From an uncultured Clostridia bacterium (GTDB lineage Bacteria > Bacillota > Clostridia > TANB77 > CAG-508): a stretch of 64,000 nucleotides of DNA. A program made the translations under genes and the position numbers. Under the pieces are notes generated by a model, which was not told where the DNA came from, made no database searches, and saw only the letters and a program-made list of their open reading frames with translations. The stretch covers positions 3,167-67,166 of the forward strand of contig CALXPY010000001.1 in NCBI GenBank assembly GCA_944390395.1. The letters are read 5' to 3'. Positions 27,783 to 37,686 of the stretch are shown here, in pieces (within the stretch, counting starts at the first letter, position 1; every line of letters starts with the position of its first letter).

Positions 27783-28217
27783 TTACTTCATAAGCATTTG
27801 TGTGATCATCCAAGTCTTTTTACTATAATCCTCTAAATATTCATCCATTAATGATGATGTTGTATATTTGTTTTCGTTATCAGCCTCTTCTTTTATTTTT
27901 GTTGCATTTTCAGATAATGTTTTTAAATCTTTTAGTATTTCATTAAAAACTGTTTCTGTACATACTTTTTGGTTTTGAGCTTCTTTTATTTGAGTAGTGT
28001 CTAAATAATCTTTTAAAGTTCCTAAAGGTTGTCCACCTAACATTAATATATGTTCAGCTACTTCATCAATTTGTTCATTGATATCATCATAATATTCTTC
28101 TAATTTTGCGTGTATAGTAAAAAAGTCTGCTCCTTTTATGTTCCAATGATAATTTTGTAGTTTTCTATAGAAAACATTTAAATTAGATAAGAATAAATTT
28201 AAATCGTTATTAATCAT
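27783..28217 (-). CDS. Dps family DNA-protection ferritin-like protein
   Basis: YHWNIKG...FFTIHAKLEEYYD...DEVAEHILMLGG, ferroxidase-site residues of Dps. Confidence 0.85.
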   Translation of the reverse strand: MINNDLNLFLSNLNVFYRKLQNYHWNIKGADFFTIHAKLEEYYDDINEQIDEVAEHILMLGGQPLGTLKDYLDTTQIKEAQNQKVCTETVFNEILKDLKTLSENATKIKEEADNENKYTTSSLMDEYLEDYSKKTWMITQMLMK

Positions 28218-28315
28218 AACTAACTTACATTCCTTTCTGGTTTTTATTTATTAGAAGCGGATTTTTTCCATTTCCATTCTATAAAAGTATTCCCAGATTT
28301 CTATCATTTATACCT

Positions 28316-29035
28316 CTATTTTATTGTTTCTATAGCTTCTTTTGTAATATTTGTTTTATCGAATTTATTAATTATTAACATTATTATACCAATAATAACA
28401 AATGTTATTGCATATACTATTAAACTCATTTGCCAATTACCTAAAGCTAAATTTTCTCCTGCAATTGTAGATGAAATCACTGAAGGAAATCTTGCAAAAG
28501 TTGAAATTAATATAAATCTTAGTGGCTTTAATGGTAATAATCCTCCTATGTAAACAAGTAAATCTTTTGGTGTACCAGGAATAAGAAATAATATAATCAT
28601 AATCCATTCTATTTTCTTTGGATTTTTAAATATTTTACTATTCTCTATCTTTTCTATTTTTTTGCTGTCAAAAAATTCATAGACAAAATTTCTCCCTAGC
28701 TTTCTTACTAAGAAAAATACAAATGCAGTTATTATACATGCAGAAACAGTTATAAATATTGCTCCTCCAATTGTTCCATAGCACATTCCTGCTAATATCT
28801 CTACTGGTTCACCTGGTAAAATTATTAAAAATATTTGAGCAAATTGCAATCCAAATAAGGTTAGTAAGCCCCATATTCCTGAACTTTCTACTTTCTCTTT
28901 AAAAGCTATTTGACCTTCTGTATTAGTAAGATCTTTCATTACAGGAAAAAGATATATTGTTATTCCTATCAAAAGACAAGCCACTAATATTAGCAAAATA
29001 ATCTTTAATATTTTTATCTTCTTTCTATCCTTCAT
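28316..29035 (-). CDS. DedA/TVP38/TMEM64 family membrane protein
   Basis: Characteristic re-entrant motifs LPGEPVEILAGMCYG and IPGTPKDLLVYIGG. Confidence 0.8.
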   Translation of the reverse strand: MKDRKKIKILKIILLILVACLLIGITIYLFPVMKDLTNTEGQIAFKEKVESSGIWGLLTLFGLQFAQIFLIILPGEPVEILAGMCYGTIGGAIFITVSACIITAFVFFLVRKLGRNFVYEFFDSKKIEKIENSKIFKNPKKIEWIMIILFLIPGTPKDLLVYIGGLLPLKPLRFILISTFARFPSVISSTIAGENLALGNWQMSLIVYAITFVIIGIIMLIINKFDKTNITKEAIETIK

Positions 29036-29063
29036 TTTAATTTATAATCCTTTCTCCTCTTTT

Positions 29064-29741
29064 CTAATGTACAATTTTTTTATTGGCAAATATTTTATCC
29101 ATATACTCATCAGGATAATGTCTATCTAAAAATGCATCTATTTGATCTTGAGCTGGTATATTATTGTTTCTTTCTGTTTGTCTACAAGCAGCCATATACG
29201 AAATAGTAATATTAAAAGCCATAAAAACAACAAATGTAGTTGTTAAAACTTTAAAATTATTCTGTGTAAAAACATTGCCTAAGTTATTAATATATGGCTC
29301 TAAATATGTATAAAGCACGCCTGCTACTCCCCAATATATACAATGCAATAAACTTGTTCTTCCATTTATATTAAACCATAAATTTGAATAATCCCATGAT
29401 ACTGTACCAAATAGTTTTTCTTGTAGTAGTGAGCATAAATATTCTACCATACCGCCTAATACCATCGTTATAAAAAACACTTTAACTCTATTTCTAGTTT
29501 TTAATTTTTTAAAAAATAAATAATATAAAACTGCTCCTATTCCATATACAGGAGTAAAAGGCCCATATATTACTCCCTGTCTTGATTCAAAATAACCATT
29601 TTGTACAAAAGCTACTATCATTTCTAGTATATAACCTGCTAAACTGCCTAAAATAAATATCCAGAAAACTTTCATTGCTTCGTTTAATCTACATCTATTC
29701 TCCATTTTATCCCCCATTTCCCATATAAATTCATTATACAA
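29064..29741 (-). CDS. polytopic membrane protein, hypothetical
   Basis: 6 predicted TM helices; ORF only. Confidence 0.45.
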   Translation of the reverse strand: MYNEFIWEMGDKMENRCRLNEAMKVFWIFILGSLAGYILEMIVAFVQNGYFESRQGVIYGPFTPVYGIGAVLYYLFFKKLKTRNRVKVFFITMVLGGMVEYLCSLLQEKLFGTVSWDYSNLWFNINGRTSLLHCIYWGVAGVLYTYLEPYINNLGNVFTQNNFKVLTTTFVVFMAFNITISYMAACRQTERNNNIPAQDQIDAFLDRHYPDEYMDKIFANKKIVH

Positions 29742-29867
29742 CTTTTTTCTTCTGTTTTAAATAGTTATACAATATATTTCTCTTACATTTTTGTAAGATT
29801 TAAAATTATTGTAGCACCTAATTATTAAAGAACAATTTAATAATTATTAAGATTTAATTAAAACGAA

Positions 29868-29900
29868 TATGAACTTTGAGAATAAATCTCAAAGTTCATA
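29868..29900. repeat. palindromic terminator hairpin, member of GAACTTTGAG...CAAAGTTCA repeat family (copy A)
   Basis: TATGAACTTTGAGA-ATAAA-TCTCAAAGTTCATA, 14-bp perfect stem, downstream of gerQ. Confidence 0.5.
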
Positions 29901-29954
29901 AAATAATAAATTTATATTAGTTAAAATTTTTAACTAGTAAAACATTTTGCCGTT

Positions 29955-30278
29955 TTACCAATATGGTTGTGACATATACATTTGACTATTATTATTAATA
30001 GTATTTCGTGGGTATGGAGATATCGTAACAAATTTAATAGAATAAATATCCGCATAAGTTAGTACTCCACTTTCAATTGATCTAAGTAAAATATAGCTTG
30101 CTCCTACGTCCTCTAATATACCTATTCTATCAGTTAGATTGTTAGTTCCTATTAAAAATTCCACTCTTACTAATTTTCCTATTTGTTCTCTTAAAAAGGC
30201 TGGTGTATATATATTATTAGTTAAAGTTTCTGGAGATTGGTTTGTAATTTGCACATTTCTGTCATTTTTTTCTTCCAT
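29955..30278 (-). CDS. gerQ: spore coat protein GerQ-like
   Basis: 107 aa; immediately downstream of cwlJ as in the B. subtilis cwlJ-gerQ operon; conserved VRVEFLIGTN...GILEDVG core. Confidence 0.55.
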   Translation of the reverse strand: MEEKNDRNVQITNQSPETLTNNIYTPAFLREQIGKLVRVEFLIGTNNLTDRIGILEDVGASYILLRSIESGVLTYADIYSIKFVTISPYPRNTINNNSQMYMSQPYW

Positions 30279-30293
30279 TTTATCACCTCTCTT

Positions 30294-30740
30294 TTATGTA
30301 TTTTTATATTGAGGTGTAGGCCTATAAAAACAATGCTCTGGTATTCTAGTATGGATTGTTCCCGATCCGTTATAAGGGAATGTAGCTGGACATGTAGGTC
30401 TATATGGATTCATATACCATAAGCAGTCACCTACTTCACCTATTTTATTTCCTGCAATAGCCCAATCTGCAATTTCATAATGTATTTCTGTTGGATTCAT
30501 ATTATAAATGTTTTGTGAATTATAATTCCCGCCTATAGTTTCTCTTGCACAATCAAATTGTCCTATTTGGAATAGAATATTTCTAATGCTTCCGCCTTGT
30601 GAAATTCTTGCATATTCTCCATCAGACGCATTTACTCTATTCATAATAACAGAAGCAACTGCTCTCATTCCATTATCTCCTTCTCCACCAGCTTCACATT
30701 GTATCATTCTTGCCAACAATTCCCTTTCTGAATATGCCAT
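30294..30740 (-). CDS. cwlJ: spore cortex-lytic cell wall hydrolase CwlJ (SleB/CwlJ family)
   Basis: Hydrolase_2 domain motifs LLARMIQCEAGGEG, MRAVASVIMNRV, WYMNP; start moved to ATG 30740 (RBS GAGGTGA). Confidence 0.8.
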   Translation of the reverse strand: MAYSERELLARMIQCEAGGEGDNGMRAVASVIMNRVNASDGEYARISQGGSIRNILFQIGQFDCARETIGGNYNSQNIYNMNPTEIHYEIADWAIAGNKIGEVGDCLWYMNPYRPTCPATFPYNGSGTIHTRIPEHCFYRPTPQYKNT

Positions 30741-30793
30741 ATAAAAAATCACCTCATATTATTATATGAGATGATTTATTTTTTGTTCTGTTT

Positions 30794-32728
30794 TTAGTTA
30801 TCCAGTTTAATATTATTTAATTTACTATTTAATTCTTCCCATTCTTCCATTTTTATATAAATTGTATTATTTAAATTTTCTATTTTATCCTGTAGTTCTT
30901 TTAACTTTAAATAATCCGTATTAATCTCTGGACTTAACATTTCTGCTTCTATTTTGTCTACCTCTTTTTCCAAAGCATCTATTTCTTCTTCTAACTTTTT
31001 CATCTTATTTTTAATTTTATTTAATTCTTTATTTATAAAATAAATATTATCTTCTTTACTTTTCTTTATATTAGACTGATTTTGTATAAGATTAATTTTA
31101 TTTTCATTTTCTGCTGACTCCTCTTTTGTTTTATGTAATAAATATTCATCATAATTTCCTTTATAAAAAGTAACTTTTCCTTTTTCAAATTCTAATATCG
31201 AATCAGCAATTTTATTAACAAAATATCTATCATGAGAAATAAACATTACAGTACCTTTATATTCCTTTAATATTCTTTCTAATGTCTCCTTGCCTAAAAT
31301 ATCCGTATGATTAGTTGGCTCATCTAATAATAAGAGATTAGGACCTTTTTTTAATATCTCACATAGTTGTAGTCTTACCTTCTCTCCTCCAGAGAGTAAA
31401 CTGATTTTTTTAAAAACATCTTCTCCAGAAAATAGAAAAGTTCCTAGTAAAGTCCTTATTTGTGTAGTTGTAAGTTCAGGGAACTTATTATATAGTTCAT
31501 CAAAAACTGTAAGTTCTGGATTATCAAATTCCATTAATTGATCAAAATATCCTATATTTACATGATATCCATACTCCATTTCTCCGCTTAATTTCTGTAT
31601 ATTCCCATTTAATGTTTTTAACAAAGTAGATTTTCCTATACCATTTTCTCCTATAATTGCAAGCTTCTGCCCTCTATATAATTCAAAAGAGACCTTACAG
31701 ATTGGCTTATTGTATCCTATTTCTAAATCTTTTACTCTTAAAACATTTTGTCCGCTTTCATATTTAATGTTAAAATTGGAGTTAAACGTTTTTAAATCAT
31801 ATTTATTTGGCTCTTCTATTATATTCATCTGTTCTATTTTTTTCAATTTAGATAATGCCATTTTTGCCTTTGTAGGTTTGTATCTAAATCTATCTGCTAT
31901 CGATTGTAATCTTTTAATTTCCGCTTGTTGATACTCATAATCTTTAAGTTGCTTTTCATAATTTATTTTTTTCTGTTCTTCAAATTTTGTATAATTTCCT
32001 TTGTATTCTGTTATTGCTGCATATTCAATTTCATAAACTTTGTTAACAATTCTATCTAAAAACATTCTATCATGAGAAACAATAACAATTGCACCAGAAT
32101 AATTTTTTAAGTAATTTTCCAACCATTCTATAGCTACAATATCTAAATGGTTGGTTGGTTCATCTAATAAAAGTAGCTCTGGTTTACTTAAAAGTAATTT
32201 TAAAAATGCTATTTTAGTTCTCTGTCCACCAGAAAACTCATATATTTTTTTGGATTTATCCTCTTCTGTAAATCCAAATTTTTTTATAGCTGTTTCATAT
32301 TCTTTTTTATATTCATATCCACCCATAAATTTTAATTTTTCTAAAGAATCTGTATATTCCTTTATTAATTGAATTTCAGAAGTATTGGTTAGTTTTTTTG
32401 CTAATTTATCTATTTTTTCTTCTAATTGTATTATAGGTTTATATACTTTTAATATTTCTTCAAGCATAGTACAAGAAGTATTCTCAAAGTCTATTTGTTT
32501 TAGATACCCTATATTAAAACTTCCTTGTTTAATAATGTTAAACTTTTCTTCTCCAATTCCAGGTTCTAGCATGGAGTTGTCTATCAAGGCTTTTAATAAG
32601 GTGGTTTTACCAGCTCCATTTCTACCTACAATTGCTATTTTTTCTTTTTCTTTTATTTCAAAGTTAATTTCTTCTAATATTGTTTCTGCTCCAAAGGAAA
32701 TAGAACCATTTACTATTTTATAATTCAT
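30794..32728 (-). CDS. ABC-F family ATPase with C-terminal coiled-coil extension (Uup/YfmR-like)
   Basis: Start moved to ATG 32728 (RBS GGAGGGG; MNYKIVNGS); two Walker A (GRNGAGKTT, GENGIGKST), two LSGGE signatures, long C-terminal KKLEEEIDALEKEVDKIEAEM coiled-coil. Confidence 0.85.
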   Translation of the reverse strand: MNYKIVNGSISFGAETILEEINFEIKEKEKIAIVGRNGAGKTTLLKALIDNSMLEPGIGEEKFNIIKQGSFNIGYLKQIDFENTSCTMLEEILKVYKPIIQLEEKIDKLAKKLTNTSEIQLIKEYTDSLEKLKFMGGYEYKKEYETAIKKFGFTEEDKSKKIYEFSGGQRTKIAFLKLLLSKPELLLLDEPTNHLDIVAIEWLENYLKNYSGAIVIVSHDRMFLDRIVNKVYEIEYAAITEYKGNYTKFEEQKKINYEKQLKDYEYQQAEIKRLQSIADRFRYKPTKAKMALSKLKKIEQMNIIEEPNKYDLKTFNSNFNIKYESGQNVLRVKDLEIGYNKPICKVSFELYRGQKLAIIGENGIGKSTLLKTLNGNIQKLSGEMEYGYHVNIGYFDQLMEFDNPELTVFDELYNKFPELTTTQIRTLLGTFLFSGEDVFKKISLLSGGEKVRLQLCEILKKGPNLLLLDEPTNHTDILGKETLERILKEYKGTVMFISHDRYFVNKIADSILEFEKGKVTFYKGNYDEYLLHKTKEESAENENKINLIQNQSNIKKSKEDNIYFINKELNKIKNKMKKLEEEIDALEKEVDKIEAEMLSPEINTDYLKLKELQDKIENLNNTIYIKMEEWEELNSKLNNIKLDN

Positions 32729-32787
32729 TTTCCCCTCCATGTTTTGAATTTTTAGAAATTTCATAAATCTGTTTTTTATAATATATA

Positions 32788-32819
32788 ATGAACTTTGAGG
32801 AATGTCCCCAAAGTTCATT
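32788..32819. repeat. palindromic terminator hairpin, repeat family copy B
   Basis: AATGAACTTTGAGG-AATGTC-CCCAAAGTTCATT, right after the DUF368 stop. Confidence 0.5.
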
Positions 32820-33708
32820 ATTGGTCATCAGAAATTCCTTTATTTTTATTGTCTGCTAATATTTTTTGTAACGTTGTGTTTAGTTGTTTAAATAAAGCTT
32901 TTAATTTGTTTACATTCTCTTTAACATTTCCTAAGAAAAATGAGAAACCAAATCCAACTATTACTAGTAGAATAGATATTAATGAATTCATATTAAAGCC
33001 TAATACACAACTACTATTTAACACATTAGGAATTATAGATAAAAATAATCCAAATATTATTGAAAATGTTATTGTATAATATTTTTTTATTAATTTATTT
33101 ATTAAGAATGATATTATTAATGCTCCAATTACTAATCCTACTCCTGCTGGTAGTAAAACTGATAAATTAAAATCTGCAAGAGAGCTTACATATAATTCAT
33201 ACAATCCTAAAGATGATAATATAACTGCACTATCGACTCCTGGAACTATTGAAGATCCAGCTACAGCAACTCCCAATAAAACTGATTGAAATATGTTAGG
33301 GTTAGTTATTGTCGGAAATAAATTCTTATTAAAATAAAATAAGCTAAAACCTGCAATCGCAGCAATTACAATTAATATATAATATTTTTTGTTAAATCCT
33401 TCTTTTTTTACTTCTTTATAAAAAAGTGGTATAGTCCCTAAAACCAAACCTAAAAATGTAAATCTTGTATACATTTCATAATTTACTAATAAGTAGTCGA
33501 CTGCTTTGCTAAATAATATTACACCTACGCCAAATCCCAAAAACAATGGGATTAAGAATATAATATTTTTTTTAAAGTTTTTAAATAATGTTCCTATTGC
33601 ATTTATAGTTTTTTGGTAGAGCCCCAAAATTACTAATAGTACACTTCCACTTAATCCTGGTGCAATTCCTCCAATTCCTACAACTATTCCTTTTAAAAAA
33701 TTAAGCAT
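32818..33708 (-). CDS. DUF368 family membrane protein
   Basis: 8-TM protein with duplicated GxxxGxSGS / PGxSRS-like motifs (GGIAPGLSGSVLLVILG; SSIVPGVDSAVILSSLG). Confidence 0.8.
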   Translation of the reverse strand: MLNFLKGIVVGIGGIAPGLSGSVLLVILGLYQKTINAIGTLFKNFKKNIIFLIPLFLGFGVGVILFSKAVDYLLVNYEMYTRFTFLGLVLGTIPLFYKEVKKEGFNKKYYILIVIAAIAGFSLFYFNKNLFPTITNPNIFQSVLLGVAVAGSSIVPGVDSAVILSSLGLYELYVSSLADFNLSVLLPAGVGLVIGALIISFLINKLIKKYYTITFSIIFGLFLSIIPNVLNSSCVLGFNMNSLISILLVIVGFGFSFFLGNVKENVNKLKALFKQLNTTLQKILADNKNKGISDDQ

Positions 33709-33745
33709 AATTTACCTCCATAAAAAATAAGTTATAATTTATTTA

Positions 33746-34297
33746 CTAATTTTCTTTAATCTTTTTTCTATTACATATATAAAATACTATATAGCTAATA
33801 ACGTCTAAAACAAATATTAATTGCAATACTACATTTATTACAGTAGTTGACAACTTTATTTTGTTTTTTCTATAAAGTGATATCAATGCAGCTATTGAAT
33901 AAGATGAAGTAGCTAACATTATTCCATAAGTCCAAATTATTCCCAATATAGTTATTGTAAAAAATATTTGTAATCCTGGTACTATTAAAAATGCCATTGA
34001 AAATAAAAACCACATATAAAAATTGCTAATAAAAAATGGTATTAATAATACTTTTGCTAATAATGATATTCTTATATCACTTAATATCTGTTTTTCGTTT
34101 CTTTTATTGTTTAGACCAATTAATCCAACAACTATATTAGCAATAATTAATATAACAGATAATAGTAATAATACAAAAACCAAAGTCCAATTTATTTCTA
34201 TTCTTGATACTAGATAAATTTTACATATCATATAAGATTCTAAAAATAAAAGTAGTAATACCATTACTATTAATAATATTTTAGACAATTTTTGCAT
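33746..34297 (-). CDS. membrane protein, hypothetical
   Basis: 5 TM helices; ORF only. Confidence 0.45.
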   Translation of the reverse strand: MQKLSKILLIVMVLLLLFLESYMICKIYLVSRIEINWTLVFVLLLLSVILIIANIVVGLIGLNNKRNEKQILSDIRISLLAKVLLIPFFISNFYMWFLFSMAFLIVPGLQIFFTITILGIIWTYGIMLATSSYSIAALISLYRKNKIKLSTTVINVVLQLIFVLDVISYIVFYICNRKKIKEN

Positions 34298-34384
34298 ATT
34301 ATCCCCTCCACATCTACTATATTATACCAAAAGGCTAATAATTTTACAATTATTAGCCTTTAAATTTTAAATTATTCAATATTC

Positions 34385-34679
34385 ATTGCTGTTTTAACAT
34401 CATAAGGTAGTTCATCCACTTGAACCTCTCTCCAAGTTACAACCCCTCTTAATTGCATTATTTCCAATTCTAGATATGCTCCTTCTCTTAATTCTCTATA
34501 AGTTTTAAATTTAACTTCTTTTGCTTTTCCATTTTTAAATCTGGATTTTCATTTTTAATTTCTTCTAATGAATTATCAAAATCTTTCAAAATTACTCCAT
34601 TATATCCTGCATTATCTAACAGATTTTTTAGTTCATTACTTATACTTATATCATCTTCTACTATTAATATTTTTAACAT
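34385..34679 (-). pseudogene. response-regulator remnant (receiver domain start plus out-of-frame C-terminal piece)
   Basis: MLKILIVEDDISISNELKNLL...NPDL is a receiver-domain N-terminus (~50 aa) that then shifts frame; the following frame encodes ...FKTYRELREGAYLELEIMQLRGVVTWREVQVDELPYD; ~70 residues of receiver domain missing. Confidence 0.4.
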
Positions 34680-34749
34680 ATTTGCACTCCCAATTTTTAT
34701 TAATTTTTAACCATTTTACTCTTGGTATAATATCAGAAAAATGATAATT

Positions 34750-35076
34750 TTACAACTCTATATCTATAATATCACTTATACTTATATTATAGGTTTCGTC
34801 TAATTGAATTCTTTTCTTTATATAATTTATTTTGGTTATTACTCCACTAATATCTACATACTTTTTGTTTTTGTAATATTTTATTTTTATTCTATCTCCT
34901 TCTTCTACTCTATTTAACTTATTTTCCAATTCAATATAACTTTCTTCTGTTAGTTCCTTTTTTATTTCTTGTTCTTCTTCCTTTTCTTTTATTGCACTCT
35001 CTAAACCTTTTAAAGCATCAAAAGGTAAAAACAATTTTGCTCTATCTATTTTATTAACCACTATTATGACCTCCAA
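34750..35076 (-). CDS. YolD-like protein (accessory to Y-family polymerase)
   Basis: 108 aa; IDRAKLFLPFDAL...KRIQLDE pattern and position directly downstream of and overlapping the Y-family polymerase gene. Confidence 0.6.
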   Translation of the reverse strand: MEVIIVVNKIDRAKLFLPFDALKGLESAIKEKEEEQEIKKELTEESYIELENKLNRVEEGDRIKIKYYKNKKYVDISGVITKINYIKKRIQLDETYNISISDIIDIEL

Positions 35077-36310
35077 TCAATTGATTTCTAATAATTGCTG
35101 TTGCTCCTTCTTGTAAATCAATTCCCCTTAAGACTTTGTTTTTCCCCATCTTATTTTTTATATTATTTATAGTTAATTCTAGTTTCTTTTCCTTATCAAT
35201 TTTAGTTTGATCTTTAAATAATGTTAATTGTACATTATTAGTCTCTAAAACATTATCAAAACTTATTCCTATTCTTCTTATTCCTACATTTCTATTTGTT
35301 GATTCATCATAAATTTTTAAAAACGGTTTTAATAGTTCTGAATAAACATTAGTATAATTTATTATTCTTTCTGTACCTCCTGTAGAATTTATTATATCTT
35401 TAGAATATCCTACATAAAGCTTAATTTTATTTGTAGATAAATTTTGCTCTATTAGCCTTAAACTTCCTAACTCCACCATTTCTTTAAGTACTATTCTTGC
35501 TTTTTCAAAAGAATAATCTTCAAATAGGACTTGACTATTTGATAAAGAGTTGGATTTAGGATTGTATCTTTTTATATCTTCTATTGTACAACTTTCTCTT
35601 CCAAAAGCATGATCTATTATATATTCTGCATTCACTCCAAATTCTTTGTACAATCTTTTAGGCTCTGTATGTGCTATGTCATACATATCAAAAATCCTTA
35701 ACTTATTTAACCTTTTTTCTATTCCATTTCCTATTTGCCAAAAATCTTTAAGTGGTCTATGGTGCCATAATTCTTTTTTATATTTTTCTTCATTTAGAAA
35801 TCCAATATTAGTAACACTATGTTTAGCAGTAATATCTAAAGCAACTTTAGCTAAATACAAATTAGTTCCAACACCCGCAGTAGCTGTTATACCATATTTA
35901 TTAAAAATATTATTAATAACTATTTTAGCAAGTTCTACAGCTGTAACTTTATATAGTTTTAGATATTTTGTAACATCTATAAAAGCTTCATCTATGGAAT
36001 ATACATGTATATCATCTTTTGAAAAATATTTTAAATAAATAGCATAAATATTTGCTGAATACTCAATATATTTTTTCATTCTTGGAAGTGCAACTATATA
36101 CTTTATATTTGGTGGTATTTCATAAATTCTACATCTATTTTTTACTCCTAACATTTTCATTTTTGGAGTTACAGCTAAGCATATTGCGCCTCTACCTCTA
36201 CTCGGATCTGCCACTACTAAGTTGGTATTAAATGGATCTAAATGTCTTTCTACACATTCAACAGAAGCATAAAATGTTTTTAAATCTATACATAGAAAAC
36301 TCTTTTCCAT
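35054..36310 (-). CDS. Y-family DNA polymerase (UmuC/DinB/UvrX-like translesion polymerase)
   Basis: N-terminal FLCIDLKTFYASVE (catalytic Asp region), SIDEAFIDVT palm motif; start at MEKSF (36310). Confidence 0.85.
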   Translation of the reverse strand: MEKSFLCIDLKTFYASVECVERHLDPFNTNLVVADPSRGRGAICLAVTPKMKMLGVKNRCRIYEIPPNIKYIVALPRMKKYIEYSANIYAIYLKYFSKDDIHVYSIDEAFIDVTKYLKLYKVTAVELAKIVINNIFNKYGITATAGVGTNLYLAKVALDITAKHSVTNIGFLNEEKYKKELWHHRPLKDFWQIGNGIEKRLNKLRIFDMYDIAHTEPKRLYKEFGVNAEYIIDHAFGRESCTIEDIKRYNPKSNSLSNSQVLFEDYSFEKARIVLKEMVELGSLRLIEQNLSTNKIKLYVGYSKDIINSTGGTERIINYTNVYSELLKPFLKIYDESTNRNVGIRRIGISFDNVLETNNVQLTLFKDQTKIDKEKKLELTINNIKNKMGKNKVLRGIDLQEGATAIIRNQLIGGHNSG

Positions 36311-36445
36311 AACATCACTCTCCACTAACATTAAAATTATTATATCATTTTTTCTATACTATTGTAAACGTTTGTTTGTTAATATGTTTTAGTAATTTTT
36401 AACATTAATGGGTATTTATGGAATTTATTGAAGTTTTGAAAAGGA

Positions 36446-36498
36446 AGCGGTCCTGTTTTCCAACCATTAGTTAGAAAATAGGACCGCTACTTTTTCTA
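36446..36498. terminator. bidirectional terminator
   Basis: AGCGGTCCT...AGGACCGCT hairpin followed by ACTTTTTCT, GC-rich stem. Confidence 0.55.
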
Positions 36499-36522
36499 AT
36501 TTAAGATAAGCTAGTTATTATT

Positions 36523-37686
36523 CTATTTAGAAAATAATACTTTTTCTGTTTTATATTGTTTTATTATATATGTAAAAATCAAAGTAATATATATTATTGT
36601 TGAAATTGCCATTAAAGCAATATTTAATAAATTTATATTTCCTGCTGCAATATCTGTAAATATCATTGTAAAATTAAGAAAAGGTATAATAGATAATATT
36701 GGTGTAGTTTGTAATCCTACCATGAAAACAATAAAGCTTGGGAAAAATGATATAAAAGTTAATGGTGTTAATGCGCTTTGAGCTTCTTTAAATGTTTTTG
36801 ATGTACTTGCAATTGAAATACATAATCCGCTTATAAAGAATGAATATGCTATTATTACAACAATTCCAAATATCATGCTACTTGCACTAAACATTATGTC
36901 TGTACCTTCATAAATAGAAAACATATTTTGAGCTAATAAAAGTGCCACTATAGCTAAAATAAAACTAATTATCCCTGTTACTATTGAAGATATTGAAACT
37001 GCTAAAAATTTTCCTACTATAATATCTTTGCTCTTTATAGGAAAAGTTAATAAAGTTTCTAATGTTCCTCTTTCTTTTTCACCAGCTGTAGTATCTGTTG
37101 CAGGATATGTTGCAGATACTGTTATGGCCATAATTATAAATAAAAATGCATAATTTTTTATGTAATTACCAAAGAAATTTTCTTGTTCAAATACATTTTC
37201 TTCTACTGTTATTATATTAAAAACTTGATTTGAATCAATATTATTCTCTGCTAAATATTCTCCCTGTAAATATTGTTTATATGTATTAAAATAACTTTCC
37301 ATCATGTTTTTGGCATAACTACTATTATCTGAGCCATCACTGTTTATAATATATTTATTCCCATCTTTTGTTATATATAAATCTATTTCAGCATTATCAT
37401 ATTTTTGTCTTAGATCTTCTTCCGAACCATTTACAATTTCTATATTCATCTGTTTAGCAATTTCTTTTTCTTCTTCACTTAATTCATAAGCAAATCCAAT
37501 TTTATTATATTCTTCTATATCTCTATTAGTTTGCATCTCAAATAATGCTGACATTCCTATCATTATCAATGGAATAAATATTGGTATAATTAACATCATA
37601 GCCAATGATTTTTTATCTCTAAATAATTCCCTTAATTCTTTTTTTAATATATTCCATAAATTATTCCTCATTTGAAACCCCTCCAA
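36523..37686 (-). CDS. ABC-2 family transporter permease (NatB-like)
   Basis: N-terminal TM, large extracytoplasmic loop, 5 C-terminal TMs; overlaps the upstream ATPase gene. Confidence 0.75.
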   Translation of the reverse strand: MEGFQMRNNLWNILKKELRELFRDKKSLAMMLIIPIFIPLIMIGMSALFEMQTNRDIEEYNKIGFAYELSEEEKEIAKQMNIEIVNGSEEDLRQKYDNAEIDLYITKDGNKYIINSDGSDNSSYAKNMMESYFNTYKQYLQGEYLAENNIDSNQVFNIITVEENVFEQENFFGNYIKNYAFLFIIMAITVSATYPATDTTAGEKERGTLETLLTFPIKSKDIIVGKFLAVSISSIVTGIISFILAIVALLLAQNMFSIYEGTDIMFSASSMIFGIVVIIAYSFFISGLCISIASTSKTFKEAQSALTPLTFISFFPSFIVFMVGLQTTPILSIIPFLNFTMIFTDIAAGNINLLNIALMAISTIIYITLIFTYIIKQYKTEKVLFSK

